Assembly: GCA_002009975.1 (NCBI GenBank)
Contig: MTLP01000012.1
Coordinates: 161,698-225,697 of the forward strand
Direction of reading: 5' to 3'
Origin: Thermococcus sp. JdFR-02
GTDB taxonomy: Archaea > Methanobacteriota_B > Thermococci > Thermococcales > Thermococcaceae
Length of the DNA: 64,000 nt
Positions 29,685-38,517 of the stretch are shown here, piece by piece. Made by a program: the position numbers and the translations under genes. Each line of letters opens with the position of its first letter. Position 1 is the first letter of the stretch. The notes under the pieces are model-generated. The model was not told the origin of the DNA, searched no databases, and worked only from the letters and a program-made list of their open reading frames with translations.

Positions 29685-29798
29685 TCAAATAGTCCTGTTT
29701 CTAAAATCTATCGCATCTTTAGCACTCCACTCCTTTACTATTCTCGGATCATCTTTGCTCACTTTCTTCCAAAATTTCAAACTCTCGAAATCAAACAT
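29685..29798 (-). CDS. 37-aa small ORF (micro-protein or gene relic)
   Basis: GGTGA RBS 5 nt before ATG; MFDFESLKFWKKVSKDDPRIVKEWSAKDAIDFRNRTI*; T-rich tract after the stop. Confidence 0.45.
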   Translation of the reverse strand: MFDFESLKFWKKVSKDDPRIVKEWSAKDAIDFRNRTI

Positions 29799-29844
29799 TG
29801 TTCTCACCAAGTACAATTAGTGTGCTCAAAGTAGAACTTATTAG

Positions 29845-29909
29845 TGTTCACAGATGAACAAAAAACTTATAAGTAATCATTTAATTACATGTTATTAAGT
29901 GATAACATG
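29845..29909. promoter_or_regulatory. Inverted repeats around the ArsR-like gene promoter
   Basis: TGTTCA-N4-TGAACA (29845-29860) and CATGTTAT-N6-ATAACATG (29888-29909, overlapping the start codon). Confidence 0.55.
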
Positions 29910-30200
29910 GATATTGAAAAACTTGCTAAAATGCTCGATGGGCTTGGGCATCCGCTCAGACTTAAGATAGTTGGACTGCTTGCAAGAGAAAATAGGGCAA
30001 TGTACCTAAATGAGATAGCAAACGGTCTTGGAATAAACAGGGCATTAGCTAAAGTTCACCTCAAAAAGCTCGAAGCGGCAGGAATTGTCAAGAGTAAGGT
30101 TGTGCTTGATGAGGAGAGGGGAAAAGCTCTGAGGTTTTACGAACTTGTACCTTTTGACCTTCACCTTTCACCTGAGATCTTAGAGGAGGTGGTGGAATGA
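29907..30200 (+). CDS. ArsR family transcription regulator
   Basis: LGHPLRLKI...EIA..LGI.R.L...HLKKLE.AGIV. Confidence 0.9.
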   Translation: MDIEKLAKMLDGLGHPLRLKIVGLLARENRAMYLNEIANGLGINRALAKVHLKKLEAAGIVKSKVVLDEERGKALRFYELVPFDLHLSPEILEEVVE

Positions 30201-30487
30201 GAACCCGAGACGTTGTGATTTTAGCAAGTTGGATAACTGCAATAGTTATTTCAACTGTCATAATCTTGAAAGGCGGGGCGACATACGCAAACATAGGAAT
30301 AGCCCTGTTTCTGTTCTTCATGGCAAGTGGCATATCTTTTGCTGTAGGTTATTCACTGCACGATACCGAGGAGTTAAAGCTGTCTAAAGAGATTTCATCA
30401 CTAACCTCAAAACTTGAGGAAATTGAGAAAAAGATTAACAGCATAGAGGAGAAGGTTGAAAAGGTGGAGAAGTTTTTGGAGGAGTAA
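30197..30487 (+). CDS. 2-TM protein with C-terminal coiled coil
   Basis: ATGA overlap with the ArsR gene; two TM helices and a heptad-like tail. Confidence 0.75.
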   Translation: MRTRDVVILASWITAIVISTVIILKGGATYANIGIALFLFFMASGISFAVGYSLHDTEELKLSKEISSLTSKLEEIEKKINSIEEKVEKVEKFLEE

Positions 30488-30609
30488 TTCTTGGCGAATT
30501 TTTGCTTATTTTCAATTTATTGATCTGGTTTCCAATTACTCGAAGCCTTATTTCTCAGAACAGGGGATTAGAATTCATTTCCTCTTGCTAACAAAGTATT
30601 TAAGGCTTT

Positions 30610-30879
30610 GACAATGCCCTGAGGTTTTTATATGAAAAATGAATTTGAAGTTAAAAATCAGCTCCTCGATTTAGACTTGGGAACTTTACAATACTTCTGA
30701 TTGATGAGGGAAGTTGCATAAATGTCGTTATCTATGGGAAGAGACTCAACAGAAAAATTGTGAAAGTTGCGGAGTACCTTGCGGGAAAATTTGGAAAGAA
30801 ATTATTCCTTCAGGTTTGGATGAAAGATTGGAGAATTTTAGAGGAAGAGAGATTCGAGGAAATAAGCAAGGTCAGATAG
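30610..30879 (+). pseudogene. Degraded GNAT-like gene remnant
   Basis: Frameshifted NALRF/YMKNEFEV (GNAT ALRFYxKxGF-like), then a startless open frame RLGNFTILLIDEG...EEISKVR*. Confidence 0.45.
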
Positions 30880-30993
30880 ATGAAAAAAAGACTTTCATTT
30901 GAGGCATTTTTTGGAACTGGAAAATCTGAAATTTTGAAGGATTCATCTGGACTTTTCTTCAAATTTTCTTTTAGGTATTTTTATTTTGAAAAA

Positions 30994-31815
30994 TCAAAGC
31001 TCTTTTCTAAACACCAAAACATCAGGCTCCTTAAAGTCTGTCCAGTTCTTAAAACCGAGCTCTTTTAGGGACTCAATTAAATTCCGCTTATCTTCAGGGA
31101 GCATTATATCGATACTGTCGTAGCTTATTTTTTCAGCTTCAAAGCTCATTGCAGGTAAGAGAAGTTTTATACCTTTAGTCGAGAGTTTGAAAGGTGTGAA
31201 TGTAGGTTCATTTTCATGTATTAAAGCATAAAAGAATTTATAGCCTTTGTATTCCCTAATCACTGTCTTTTTGTTTAGCCACTTAACACTTTCCTCACAT
31301 TTATGCAGAAACTTCCAACCATAGGGGATGTAACCTTTATAGTCAAGCTCATTTAAAGAGATGATTTCTGAAATTTTTGGCTCTTTTCCCGCTACAAGCG
31401 GTCTTTGAATGTAGTAAAATCGCTCAACGACCTTAAATCCATCTTTCTTTGCCATTGCTATGCTTTCTTTGTTCAGGAAATACGTTGAGAATTCTAAGGC
31501 ATTTATGAGACCCTTCTCTGCTAGCTCTTTCCCTCTGCAAAGCATAAAGTTATGTAAAACCCTCCCAAAGCCGCGTTTTTGATAAGTAGGATGAATTCTA
31601 AGCCCTTCAAGCCAGCCGACTTTGTTGGGCAAGAGTGTAAGCTTTGCTGTCCCGATAACTTTTCCTTCCAGCTCAAGAACATAGAAGTTTCCGTCCTTCA
31701 GCCAGCTTTCAAAAACTCGAGCAAGATAATCCTCACCTTCCCAGGTTAACTTTGCAATTTCCTCGATGAAGGGTTTATCCTTGAGACGGGCTAATCTAAT
31801 TAATGGTTTGGTCAT
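30994..31815 (-). CDS. GNAT acetyltransferase with C-terminal extension
   Basis: WEGEDYL, WLEGLRIHP.YQKRGFG. Confidence 0.88.
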   Translation of the reverse strand: MTKPLIRLARLKDKPFIEEIAKLTWEGEDYLARVFESWLKDGNFYVLELEGKVIGTAKLTLLPNKVGWLEGLRIHPTYQKRGFGRVLHNFMLCRGKELAEKGLINALEFSTYFLNKESIAMAKKDGFKVVERFYYIQRPLVAGKEPKISEIISLNELDYKGYIPYGWKFLHKCEESVKWLNKKTVIREYKGYKFFYALIHENEPTFTPFKLSTKGIKLLLPAMSFEAEKISYDSIDIMLPEDKRNLIESLKELGFKNWTDFKEPDVLVFRKEL

Positions 31816-31870
31816 GAAATCACCTTTTAAATTCTATTTATGGATAATTTCTTAGTGAAGCTTTATAAAT

Positions 31871-32032
31871 TTAGAGTTTGGAAGCACCTTTAAACAAACC
31901 TATAATAGAAAATATTAACCCCCCAAAGCCACATATATACTTTAAGACATCCCCAATAGCTATACCAAACAAAATAACTGCAATCCCAAAGAGAAGATAC
32001 TTAATGCCTTCAATCTCATCTTTAATTTCCAC
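31871..32032 (-). CDS. 53-aa two-TM micro-protein
   Basis: GGAGGTGA RBS and GTG start; MEIKDEIEGIKYLLFGIAVILFGIAIGDVLKYICGFGGLIFSIIGLFKGASKL*. Confidence 0.6.
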   Translation of the reverse strand: MEIKDEIEGIKYLLFGIAVILFGIAIGDVLKYICGFGGLIFSIIGLFKGASKL

Positions 32033-32254
32033 ATCTATCACCTCCAATGAGTTCTAATATTCTAATTGCCCAATAAGTGTAAATGACTGAAACATCAGGA
32101 GTATTTGGGGAGAGACATATTCCCCCATAGGTATCTCTAGAATTGCATATCCAAGTTATTAAACCTTTGATATCTTTTGGTTTTGCTTTCATTACATTTA
32201 GTGTAACTACTGACAAGTATGTTGAATAAAAACACCCAGCAGTTTCAGTCTCAT
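32022..32254 (-). pseudogene. Internally deleted prenyltransferase/squalene-cyclase-repeat gene relic
   Basis: AGGAGGT RBS + MRLKLLGVFI joined out of frame to FYSTYLSVVTL...WI......GG....P......TYWAIRIL. Confidence 0.55.
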
Positions 32255-32497
32255 CTTTGCACCTCCTTCAAGTTTTCATAAACAATATACGTGGTCTCTA
32301 ATATTTAAATTTTTTGATCTAAAATAGTAAGTTTATTCAGAAAAAAATAGTAAATCTTAAAGAGCTTTGTTTTTGAAATAGGGGAAATTTAAAGCAGGAA
32401 AACTCTGAAAAGTAAGCAAATTTTTGATATTCTCACAAATTTAAAAAGATTTACTAAAATAAGTTCTAAGGAACAAGAACTAAAAAGTGATGTTTGA

Positions 32498-33418
32498 CTA
32501 TTCGCCTTCCTTTCCCATCGAAATCACAAATTTTTCGTTTATTTTAAATGAAACAACAACTGTTCTGAATGAGAGATAATCAAGGAGGATATCAAAATAT
32601 TCAGTTTTTCGAAAGCCTACCTTTACCCTTTCGTTTTGGTTCCTGGAGAGCTTTAAAATTTGTTTCTCAATGAAAATCTCCAGACCATTTGGGCTTAAAG
32701 GCTCTATCTTTAAGCTTACGCCCTCTCCGTAATTGAAGATTCCAAGCTCAAATGGATTCTCATAGGCAACTAAATCAAAGGCCTTTTTCTCTTCCATAAC
32801 AGAGATTCCCGCAATTCTTGGCATTGTCCCTTCTTGCCCCGGCTGGCCTCTAAAATAAACTTTCAAGCGCGCATTGCCCATAATATCAGCAAAGGAAATC
32901 TCATAGAATTTCTCACCGTGAAAATTAACCTTCTTTCTGGAAACTTTGAACTCAAAGAGAGGATGAGCCTTGAGGAAGTCTTTGACAAAACTGTCTTTTC
33001 CAAACCTAAAAAGCCAGAGTTGCTTCCTTTTAGAGAGTATCGCTGGATAAAAGTTAAACTTTTTATAAAGGTTTAGGGCGGGAATATTACCGTATTCTGT
33101 CATTAAAAATTGAATATTGTGTCCTTTGCTTTCAGATATTTTGATGCACTCCTCTATGAGCTTTGTTCCAATTCCCTTTCTGTGGTATTCGGGATGCACT
33201 ATTAAATTAACAATTTCCGCATAAGGCGGAAAGGCTACATCAAGAGTTACCTTTCCAACGACTCTATCACCAAACAACGCTATTAGGACTTTTGAGTAGT
33301 TCCTCAAGCCCTTCCAAATATTGATAAGTTTTGGGCTGAATTTCCAGCCTAATGCATTATAAAGTTCCTCAACACCTTCTGCAAACTCCTCTTCAAACTC
33401 AAGGACCTGAGCTCTCAT
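32498..33418 (-). CDS. GNAT acetyltransferase with C-terminal domain
   Basis: VHPEYHRKGIGTKL and N.PALNLYKKFNF. Confidence 0.88.
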   Translation of the reverse strand: MRAQVLEFEEEFAEGVEELYNALGWKFSPKLINIWKGLRNYSKVLIALFGDRVVGKVTLDVAFPPYAEIVNLIVHPEYHRKGIGTKLIEECIKISESKGHNIQFLMTEYGNIPALNLYKKFNFYPAILSKRKQLWLFRFGKDSFVKDFLKAHPLFEFKVSRKKVNFHGEKFYEISFADIMGNARLKVYFRGQPGQEGTMPRIAGISVMEEKKAFDLVAYENPFELGIFNYGEGVSLKIEPLSPNGLEIFIEKQILKLSRNQNERVKVGFRKTEYFDILLDYLSFRTVVVSFKINEKFVISMGKEGE

Positions 33419-33488
33419 TTGTCACTACCTCAATTTTTAGTCCTTAAAGAGGTATTACTAGTTGAGTATATTACACATTTAGTAATAT

Positions 33489-34238
33489 TCAAACTTTTTG
33501 GGCGACAACTATTATCCTTGGGGCGTTTAGTGAAAGCTCTCTCCCATCCCAGTTTCCAAAGACTTTGTAAATTTCAAAGCCTGCTCTTTTGAGGAGTTCT
33601 TTTAGTTCCGTGAATGTATAGACTCTAATTGGATAGGAAACTTCTCTTCTCCTGCCGTTTCTTATGGTTATCCTCCTTACATTCATTCTACCTGTAAAGA
33701 CGTCAAAGCTCGGCATGTCAATCATCAAATCTTCACCCTTCTCAAGCACGGAGCATGGAGAAAGGTGCTTAACTACAAAATCTCTGTTTGGAACATCAAG
33801 GCAAAAGAACCCATTTGGCTTTAAGGCTTTGTAAACGTTTTGTAGTACCGTAAAGTTCTCCTCGTCACTGAAATATCCAAATGATGTGTAGAGAAGTAAA
33901 ACTATGTCAAATTCTTCTTTGAAGTTTGTTTCTCTCATATCTCCTTTCATGAACTTAACGCTCACTCCTTGCTCTTCTGCTTTCTTTCTTGCAATCTCTA
34001 AGAAACCCTCCATTATGTCAACGCCAACTACTTCATGCCCTAACCCTGCCAACTTTATCGCATGCCTCCCAAATCCACAGGTCAAATCGAGGATTCTATT
34101 TGGCTCTTTTAAGTTGAGGACTTTTATCAAGAACTCAACTTCTCTCTGTGTTCTCTCTTCAGTCAGCTTTTCCGAGTAGAAGTGCATGTAGTTATCAACG
34201 TTGAAGACTTTTTCGATGTTAAAGTCTGACAGCTTCAC
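33489..34238 (-). CDS. Class I SAM-dependent methyltransferase
   Basis: ILDLTCGFGRH, DMR, TSFGYF, LKPNG; start uncertain. Confidence 0.9.
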   Translation of the reverse strand: MKLSDFNIEKVFNVDNYMHFYSEKLTEERTQREVEFLIKVLNLKEPNRILDLTCGFGRHAIKLAGLGHEVVGVDIMEGFLEIARKKAEEQGVSVKFMKGDMRETNFKEEFDIVLLLYTSFGYFSDEENFTVLQNVYKALKPNGFFCLDVPNRDFVVKHLSPCSVLEKGEDLMIDMPSFDVFTGRMNVRRITIRNGRRREVSYPIRVYTFTELKELLKRAGFEIYKVFGNWDGRELSLNAPRIIVVAQKV

Positions 34239-34295
34239 ACCTTTTGTTACTTTGATGAAAACTATTTTAAGTATTTTTGGTCGTAGTACCATCTA

Positions 34296-35294
34296 GTGAT
34301 GCCTATGAACAAACTGATGGTTTATGTATGTGGGAATGGAGAAAGAGAGTACTGGGAGCATGCGTACAAAGTTAAGGAGTTAATACTCAAGCTTTCTGAG
34401 TCGCCCATAAGCATGGAAAACGCTTTGCAACTGGTAGATAAGAAATCCTTGGATTACCTCCTCCAAGAGGACATCTTAAAAGAAGAAAGTGGGCAGATTA
34501 AGCTCAACTTCTGCTTTACACCGTGGGAAGACGTTTTGAAACTTAGAGAGATCGGAGTTAAATATGGAGAAGCCTTAGCAGAATATTTAATTAAAAACTT
34601 CAAAGGGGTAGATGATAACCTGAAAAGATTAAACTGTTTGAGATACTCAAAGCTAGAATATGTCCGTTTTGCTGTTGTTGGTTGTTACGCCTTAGATTTG
34701 AAGTTCCTGACCATGCTGGAAAATGAGTGGGGCGAAAGTAGGAAGTTCATTCCTTATGCTCGTGAAATTAGAGATAATTGGAAAGAGATTGCGAAGGACT
34801 TCTATTGGGGTTGTCACTCGGCAAAGTTTGGAAATTATATGTTCTACTCCTTTGGCAATCACACAGGTTCAAGAAATGCTTTTCCCGATTTAGTCTGGTC
34901 TGGAAAAGCAAGGAAAGACGAAGCAGAAGCTTTAGGTAAGGCACTCGAAGAACTTCACAAAAGTGGAAAAATAAGTGAAATTTTGGAAAAATACGGATAT
35001 GTTGGAGTTCCGTTCTTAGATAGAGATGACGGGAAGATAGCGTGGGAAGTTGCTGATAGAGTTGCAAGTGACGTGGAAAAACTCGTAACTGAAGAAAAAT
35101 GGGAAACGCTAAAAGAAGATTTAAGTAAATTAAAAGCGAGTCAGTGGTGTACTTTTGAAGAGCTCTTCATTGAAGCCTGGCACTGGATTTTTGGATGGGC
35201 AAACAACGTTTTAATTAGGAGAGGCTACTTCGCAGAGCCAGAGGAAAGCGAAGATGGAGGAAGGTATATCAAGTGGGTGTCCTTTAGTGCATGA
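34296..35294 (+). CDS. Hypothetical soluble protein
   Basis: 332-codon ORF with normal codon usage; FYWGCHS and FYSFGNH motifs; family not recognised. Confidence 0.75.
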   Translation: MMPMNKLMVYVCGNGEREYWEHAYKVKELILKLSESPISMENALQLVDKKSLDYLLQEDILKEESGQIKLNFCFTPWEDVLKLREIGVKYGEALAEYLIKNFKGVDDNLKRLNCLRYSKLEYVRFAVVGCYALDLKFLTMLENEWGESRKFIPYAREIRDNWKEIAKDFYWGCHSAKFGNYMFYSFGNHTGSRNAFPDLVWSGKARKDEAEALGKALEELHKSGKISEILEKYGYVGVPFLDRDDGKIAWEVADRVASDVEKLVTEEKWETLKEDLSKLKASQWCTFEELFIEAWHWIFGWANNVLIRRGYFAEPEESEDGGRYIKWVSFSA

Positions 35295-35593
35295 GGTTTA
35301 CAACCTTCACAATCCTCTCTGCCAAATAATTAACCAGCATTTGAGTTTTTGAGTCATTTACAGTTTTCCCTTCTTCTCGATATCCCGGCACAATAACGGC
35401 ACGGCAAATTGTTTTGAGTATTATAAATCAAACTTTTTGGTACGCTTTCCAGCTATCCAACCAAGACTCCTCCAATGATGATTAGATATAGATAAGCTAA
35501 AGCCATTAGAGTTTTGATTTTCTCAAGAATATATCTCCAAAAGAGCAGAGCAAGCAACCACATCACAAGCACAGCAATCCATATTCGCTTCAT
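35287..35593 (-). pseudogene. Degraded GT2 glycosyltransferase-like N-terminal remnant
   Basis: MKRIWIAVLV... TM segments, internal stops and a 5-bp duplication (GCCGT x2); removing it restores FAVIVPGYREE. Confidence 0.4.
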
Positions 35594-35606
35594 TCCCTAA
35601 ACCTCT

Positions 35607-36368
35607 TCAAATTAGTGTATCACCGTGCTTCGCTTCTTCAAAATTATAACTCTCCTCCTTTTTAATTCCTATTGTCACAACACTAAAAGTCCCCAAATAG
35701 TGCGTCTCCACTTTAGATCCAGCTTTTCTAAGAATGAACTCCACAATCCATGGTGTCCAGACGTTAATTTTCACTCTGAAGAAGTAGCCCTTCTCAAGAT
35801 TAATAAAAAGCCTCTCTACCTGTCCTTTCACGGTGTTAAGGGAAACATGGAACGAAATAAACGGATCTTCGACGAGCACGTGCTTATAGCCCTCATGGAG
35901 AAGTCTAACCCAGTCTGCATACTCAAGGAATAGGACTCCGTTGGGTTTTAGCACCCTGAAAGCCTCTTGGACAATCTTATCGAAATCATAAACGCTCAAA
36001 TGGGGGAGAGGGTTCCCTAAAAGTGCGACTAAGTCAAAGCTCTCATCAGGAAAATCGAGCTTTTTGGCGTCCATAACTCTAAATTCTGCATTATATCTGA
36101 GTTCTTTCGCAATTTTCTTTGCCTTCTCCACGAGTTCCTCCTGAACATCTATTCCAACAACTTCAAACCTCAGATTTTCGAGGGCGAAGGTCGAGATCCC
36201 CATGCCGCAGCCGATGTCCAGCGCTTTACCGCTTTTTATGGGGAGAAACCTTTCAAGCAGTTCTTTCTGCTTTTTCATTCTTTTCTTACCAACCTCACTT
36301 CTTGGATCGTACATCCAGAGCTTTTCCTTATAGGTTGGCTCAAAGGTGTAACCGAGATTCTTAAACAT
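35607..36368 (-). CDS. Class I SAM-dependent methyltransferase
   Basis: ALDIGCGMG, FDLVALLG, RVLKPNG; paralog of 37708-38445. Confidence 0.9.
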   Translation of the reverse strand: MFKNLGYTFEPTYKEKLWMYDPRSEVGKKRMKKQKELLERFLPIKSGKALDIGCGMGISTFALENLRFEVVGIDVQEELVEKAKKIAKELRYNAEFRVMDAKKLDFPDESFDLVALLGNPLPHLSVYDFDKIVQEAFRVLKPNGVLFLEYADWVRLLHEGYKHVLVEDPFISFHVSLNTVKGQVERLFINLEKGYFFRVKINVWTPWIVEFILRKAGSKVETHYLGTFSVVTIGIKKEESYNFEEAKHGDTLI

Positions 36369-36528
36369 AGCTCCACCCTAGCAATTTTACGCGTGGAAAT
36401 TTTAAATATCTTGCCTTTTTTGAAAGTTTTAGAGAAAAGGATAATGCATTGGGGGATATCATAGGGAGAGCATTTTAATCTTGAGTAGAAAATGGGAAAG
36501 GACATTCATTTTTCCCAAATCAAAACCA

Positions 36529-36945
36529 CTACCTCAACGATCCAATAAAAAGAGGACATTCCCCTTTACCCATGGGGTATACCTTTGCTTCCCATGTTTT
36601 ATTCTCGTATTTATAAAACACTTTTAGTCGTCCGGTCTCGATTTTGGAATGATACTTTGCTATACTTTCAGACCTAATTATCTTAAATCTCCCCGCATTC
36701 TCATCGGGTGAGAGTTCAATAATTAGTGCATTGTTTTCAAATTTCAACCTTTTAAAAGAATAACCCTGTGGAATCCAAACTCTCGCAAGTTCGCTCATGT
36801 TGTAAGGACCTACTATGTAATACTTACTTCTCTTTTCTCTGCTGAAGATTCTACTGATGATACCGCGTTTTTTGAGCGGAACTGCAATTATTCCTTCACA
36901 TGTAGGGTAGATTCTCTCTCCATTTATTTCCACGACAGGTACCAA
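36529..36945 (-). pseudogene. N-terminally truncated paralog of 36975-37607
   Basis: Shares PY.M.EL...P.GY.FK...EN...KV.Y...W...CP; no RBS or signal peptide; in-frame stop just upstream. Confidence 0.55.
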
Positions 36946-36974
36946 GTCATCTAACTGGGAGATCTAATTTGCCT

Positions 36975-37607
36975 TTATGGAATTGATGGTAAGATAACAG
37001 CAGGACATTTGGGCCCTTTATCTCCAATCACGCCATCCCACATTTTATCCTCACTCACATAAATCACTTTTATCCGATTATGTCTCAGATCATCGATTAT
37101 TCCAGCTAAAGATTCATATTTCACAATTTTTGGTTTTGTTTGATTGCCTTTTTCCAGAGCTATAACTAAACTTTTATTTTCGAGATAGATATCTTTGAAC
37201 TGATATCCATTTGGAGTGTAAATTTCAACGAGTTCTTTCATATCATAGGGCGAAGCACAATAGCTCATTGTCACGAAATCACTTACTCCAAAATATGCTT
37301 CGAACATTTTCCCATTGATAGATACGTAAACATCAGGTACATCCCAGGGGCTCTTTCCAAAGAGCTTAATTATCCTTTGAAAGGCACGGTTCCTGATAAT
37401 CTCGTCACTCCTCTCTTTAACCTCAAACTCGAAGATTATTTTATCTCCTTCAATTTCATATCCCTTGTACTCAAGCTCTCCTGGATAGTAAACGTTCACT
37501 GCAAAGTTTGCAGTTCTCTCTTTCACATAGGGAGAGATATAAAGCATGGACGTCAAGGAAATCAAAAGGAAAAGGAGAATGGGGAGGAAAAGCCTTTTCA
37601 ACTCCAT
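36975..37607 (-). CDS. Membrane-anchored hypothetical protein
   Basis: GGAGGTG RBS, N-terminal TM. Confidence 0.75.
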   Translation of the reverse strand: MELKRLFLPILLFLLISLTSMLYISPYVKERTANFAVNVYYPGELEYKGYEIEGDKIIFEFEVKERSDEIIRNRAFQRIIKLFGKSPWDVPDVYVSINGKMFEAYFGVSDFVTMSYCASPYDMKELVEIYTPNGYQFKDIYLENKSLVIALEKGNQTKPKIVKYESLAGIIDDLRHNRIKVIYVSEDKMWDGVIGDKGPKCPAVILPSIP

Positions 37608-37707
37608 GACACCTCCATATTGCCAAGTTCTGAGAATATACGTAACTCCAGGTCAAAACCAGCAAACTAAGTAACAAAACGCTCAACAATTTCAGTCTCC
37701 ATTGGCG

Positions 37708-38445
37708 TCACCGATGGAAGTTAATAGAACTTATTGCTCTCTTTAAATTCTTCCCAATGACTAACTCTTTATCCTTAAACTCAACCTCAAACCCATTCTT
37801 CTCAAGAACATACTTTAAAATCCACGGCGACCAGATGTAAAATTTGTCCTTTGAAAAGACGCCTTTCTCAAAATCGATGAGCAATCTCTCCAAATAACCT
37901 TCGTAAACATTCACGTCTATGTTTATTCTAACCAAGCCCTCAGCCTCAAGTCCCGGCTGGTTGAAACCTCTGATGAGTGTCCAGAGAAAGTCGCTTTCTT
38001 GAATCACAATCCAGCCTTGAGGCTTCAGAACTCGTTTAACTTCTTGCAGAATCTTATCAAAATCCCAGATGCTAAAATGTGCCAACGGATATCCAAGCAA
38101 TGCAACAAGGTCAAAGGTGTTTTCTTTGAAGTTTAGATTTTTAGCATCCATGACATAAAATTTTGCCTTTGAACCTCGCTTTTTTGCTAATTCTTTGGCT
38201 CGCTCAACAGCTTTTTCTTGGATATCTATCCCGACAACTTCAAAACCAAGTTCCTCCAAGATAAAGCTACTTAATCCAGCGTTACAGCCAATATCCAAGG
38301 CTCTACCATTTTTAATCAGCAAATGCCTGGATAGAAGTCTCACTAAGCGTTTAAACCTCCTCTGCCCTCTTTCGCTTTCTATATCGTATTCATCTTGGGT
38401 CTTTTCGTAGAAAGGTGCATCAGTATAGCCAAGATTCCTGAACAT
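37708..38445 (-). CDS. Class I SAM-dependent methyltransferase
   Basis: ALDIGCNAG, FDLVALLG, RVLKPQG. Confidence 0.9.
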   Translation of the reverse strand: MFRNLGYTDAPFYEKTQDEYDIESERGQRRFKRLVRLLSRHLLIKNGRALDIGCNAGLSSFILEELGFEVVGIDIQEKAVERAKELAKKRGSKAKFYVMDAKNLNFKENTFDLVALLGYPLAHFSIWDFDKILQEVKRVLKPQGWIVIQESDFLWTLIRGFNQPGLEAEGLVRINIDVNVYEGYLERLLIDFEKGVFSKDKFYIWSPWILKYVLEKNGFEVEFKDKELVIGKNLKRAISSINFHR

Positions 38446-38517
38446 AATTTCACCTAAAAATTACCACATTAAAAAGTTTTAAAACTCTTTTGGATTAGTT
38501 AAAAGGGGTGGATTTGA

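Noticed and set aside
30714-30902. Cys-rich 62-aa ORF (CESCGVPC) as a zinc finger or RiPP precursor near the ABC exporter
   Set aside because: TTG start with no RBS; it is an alternative frame of the GNAT-like relic
37471-37689. 72-aa ORF as an intact gene
   Set aside because: Only the first ~25 codons are a signal-peptide relic; the rest overlaps the real 36975-37607 gene out of frame
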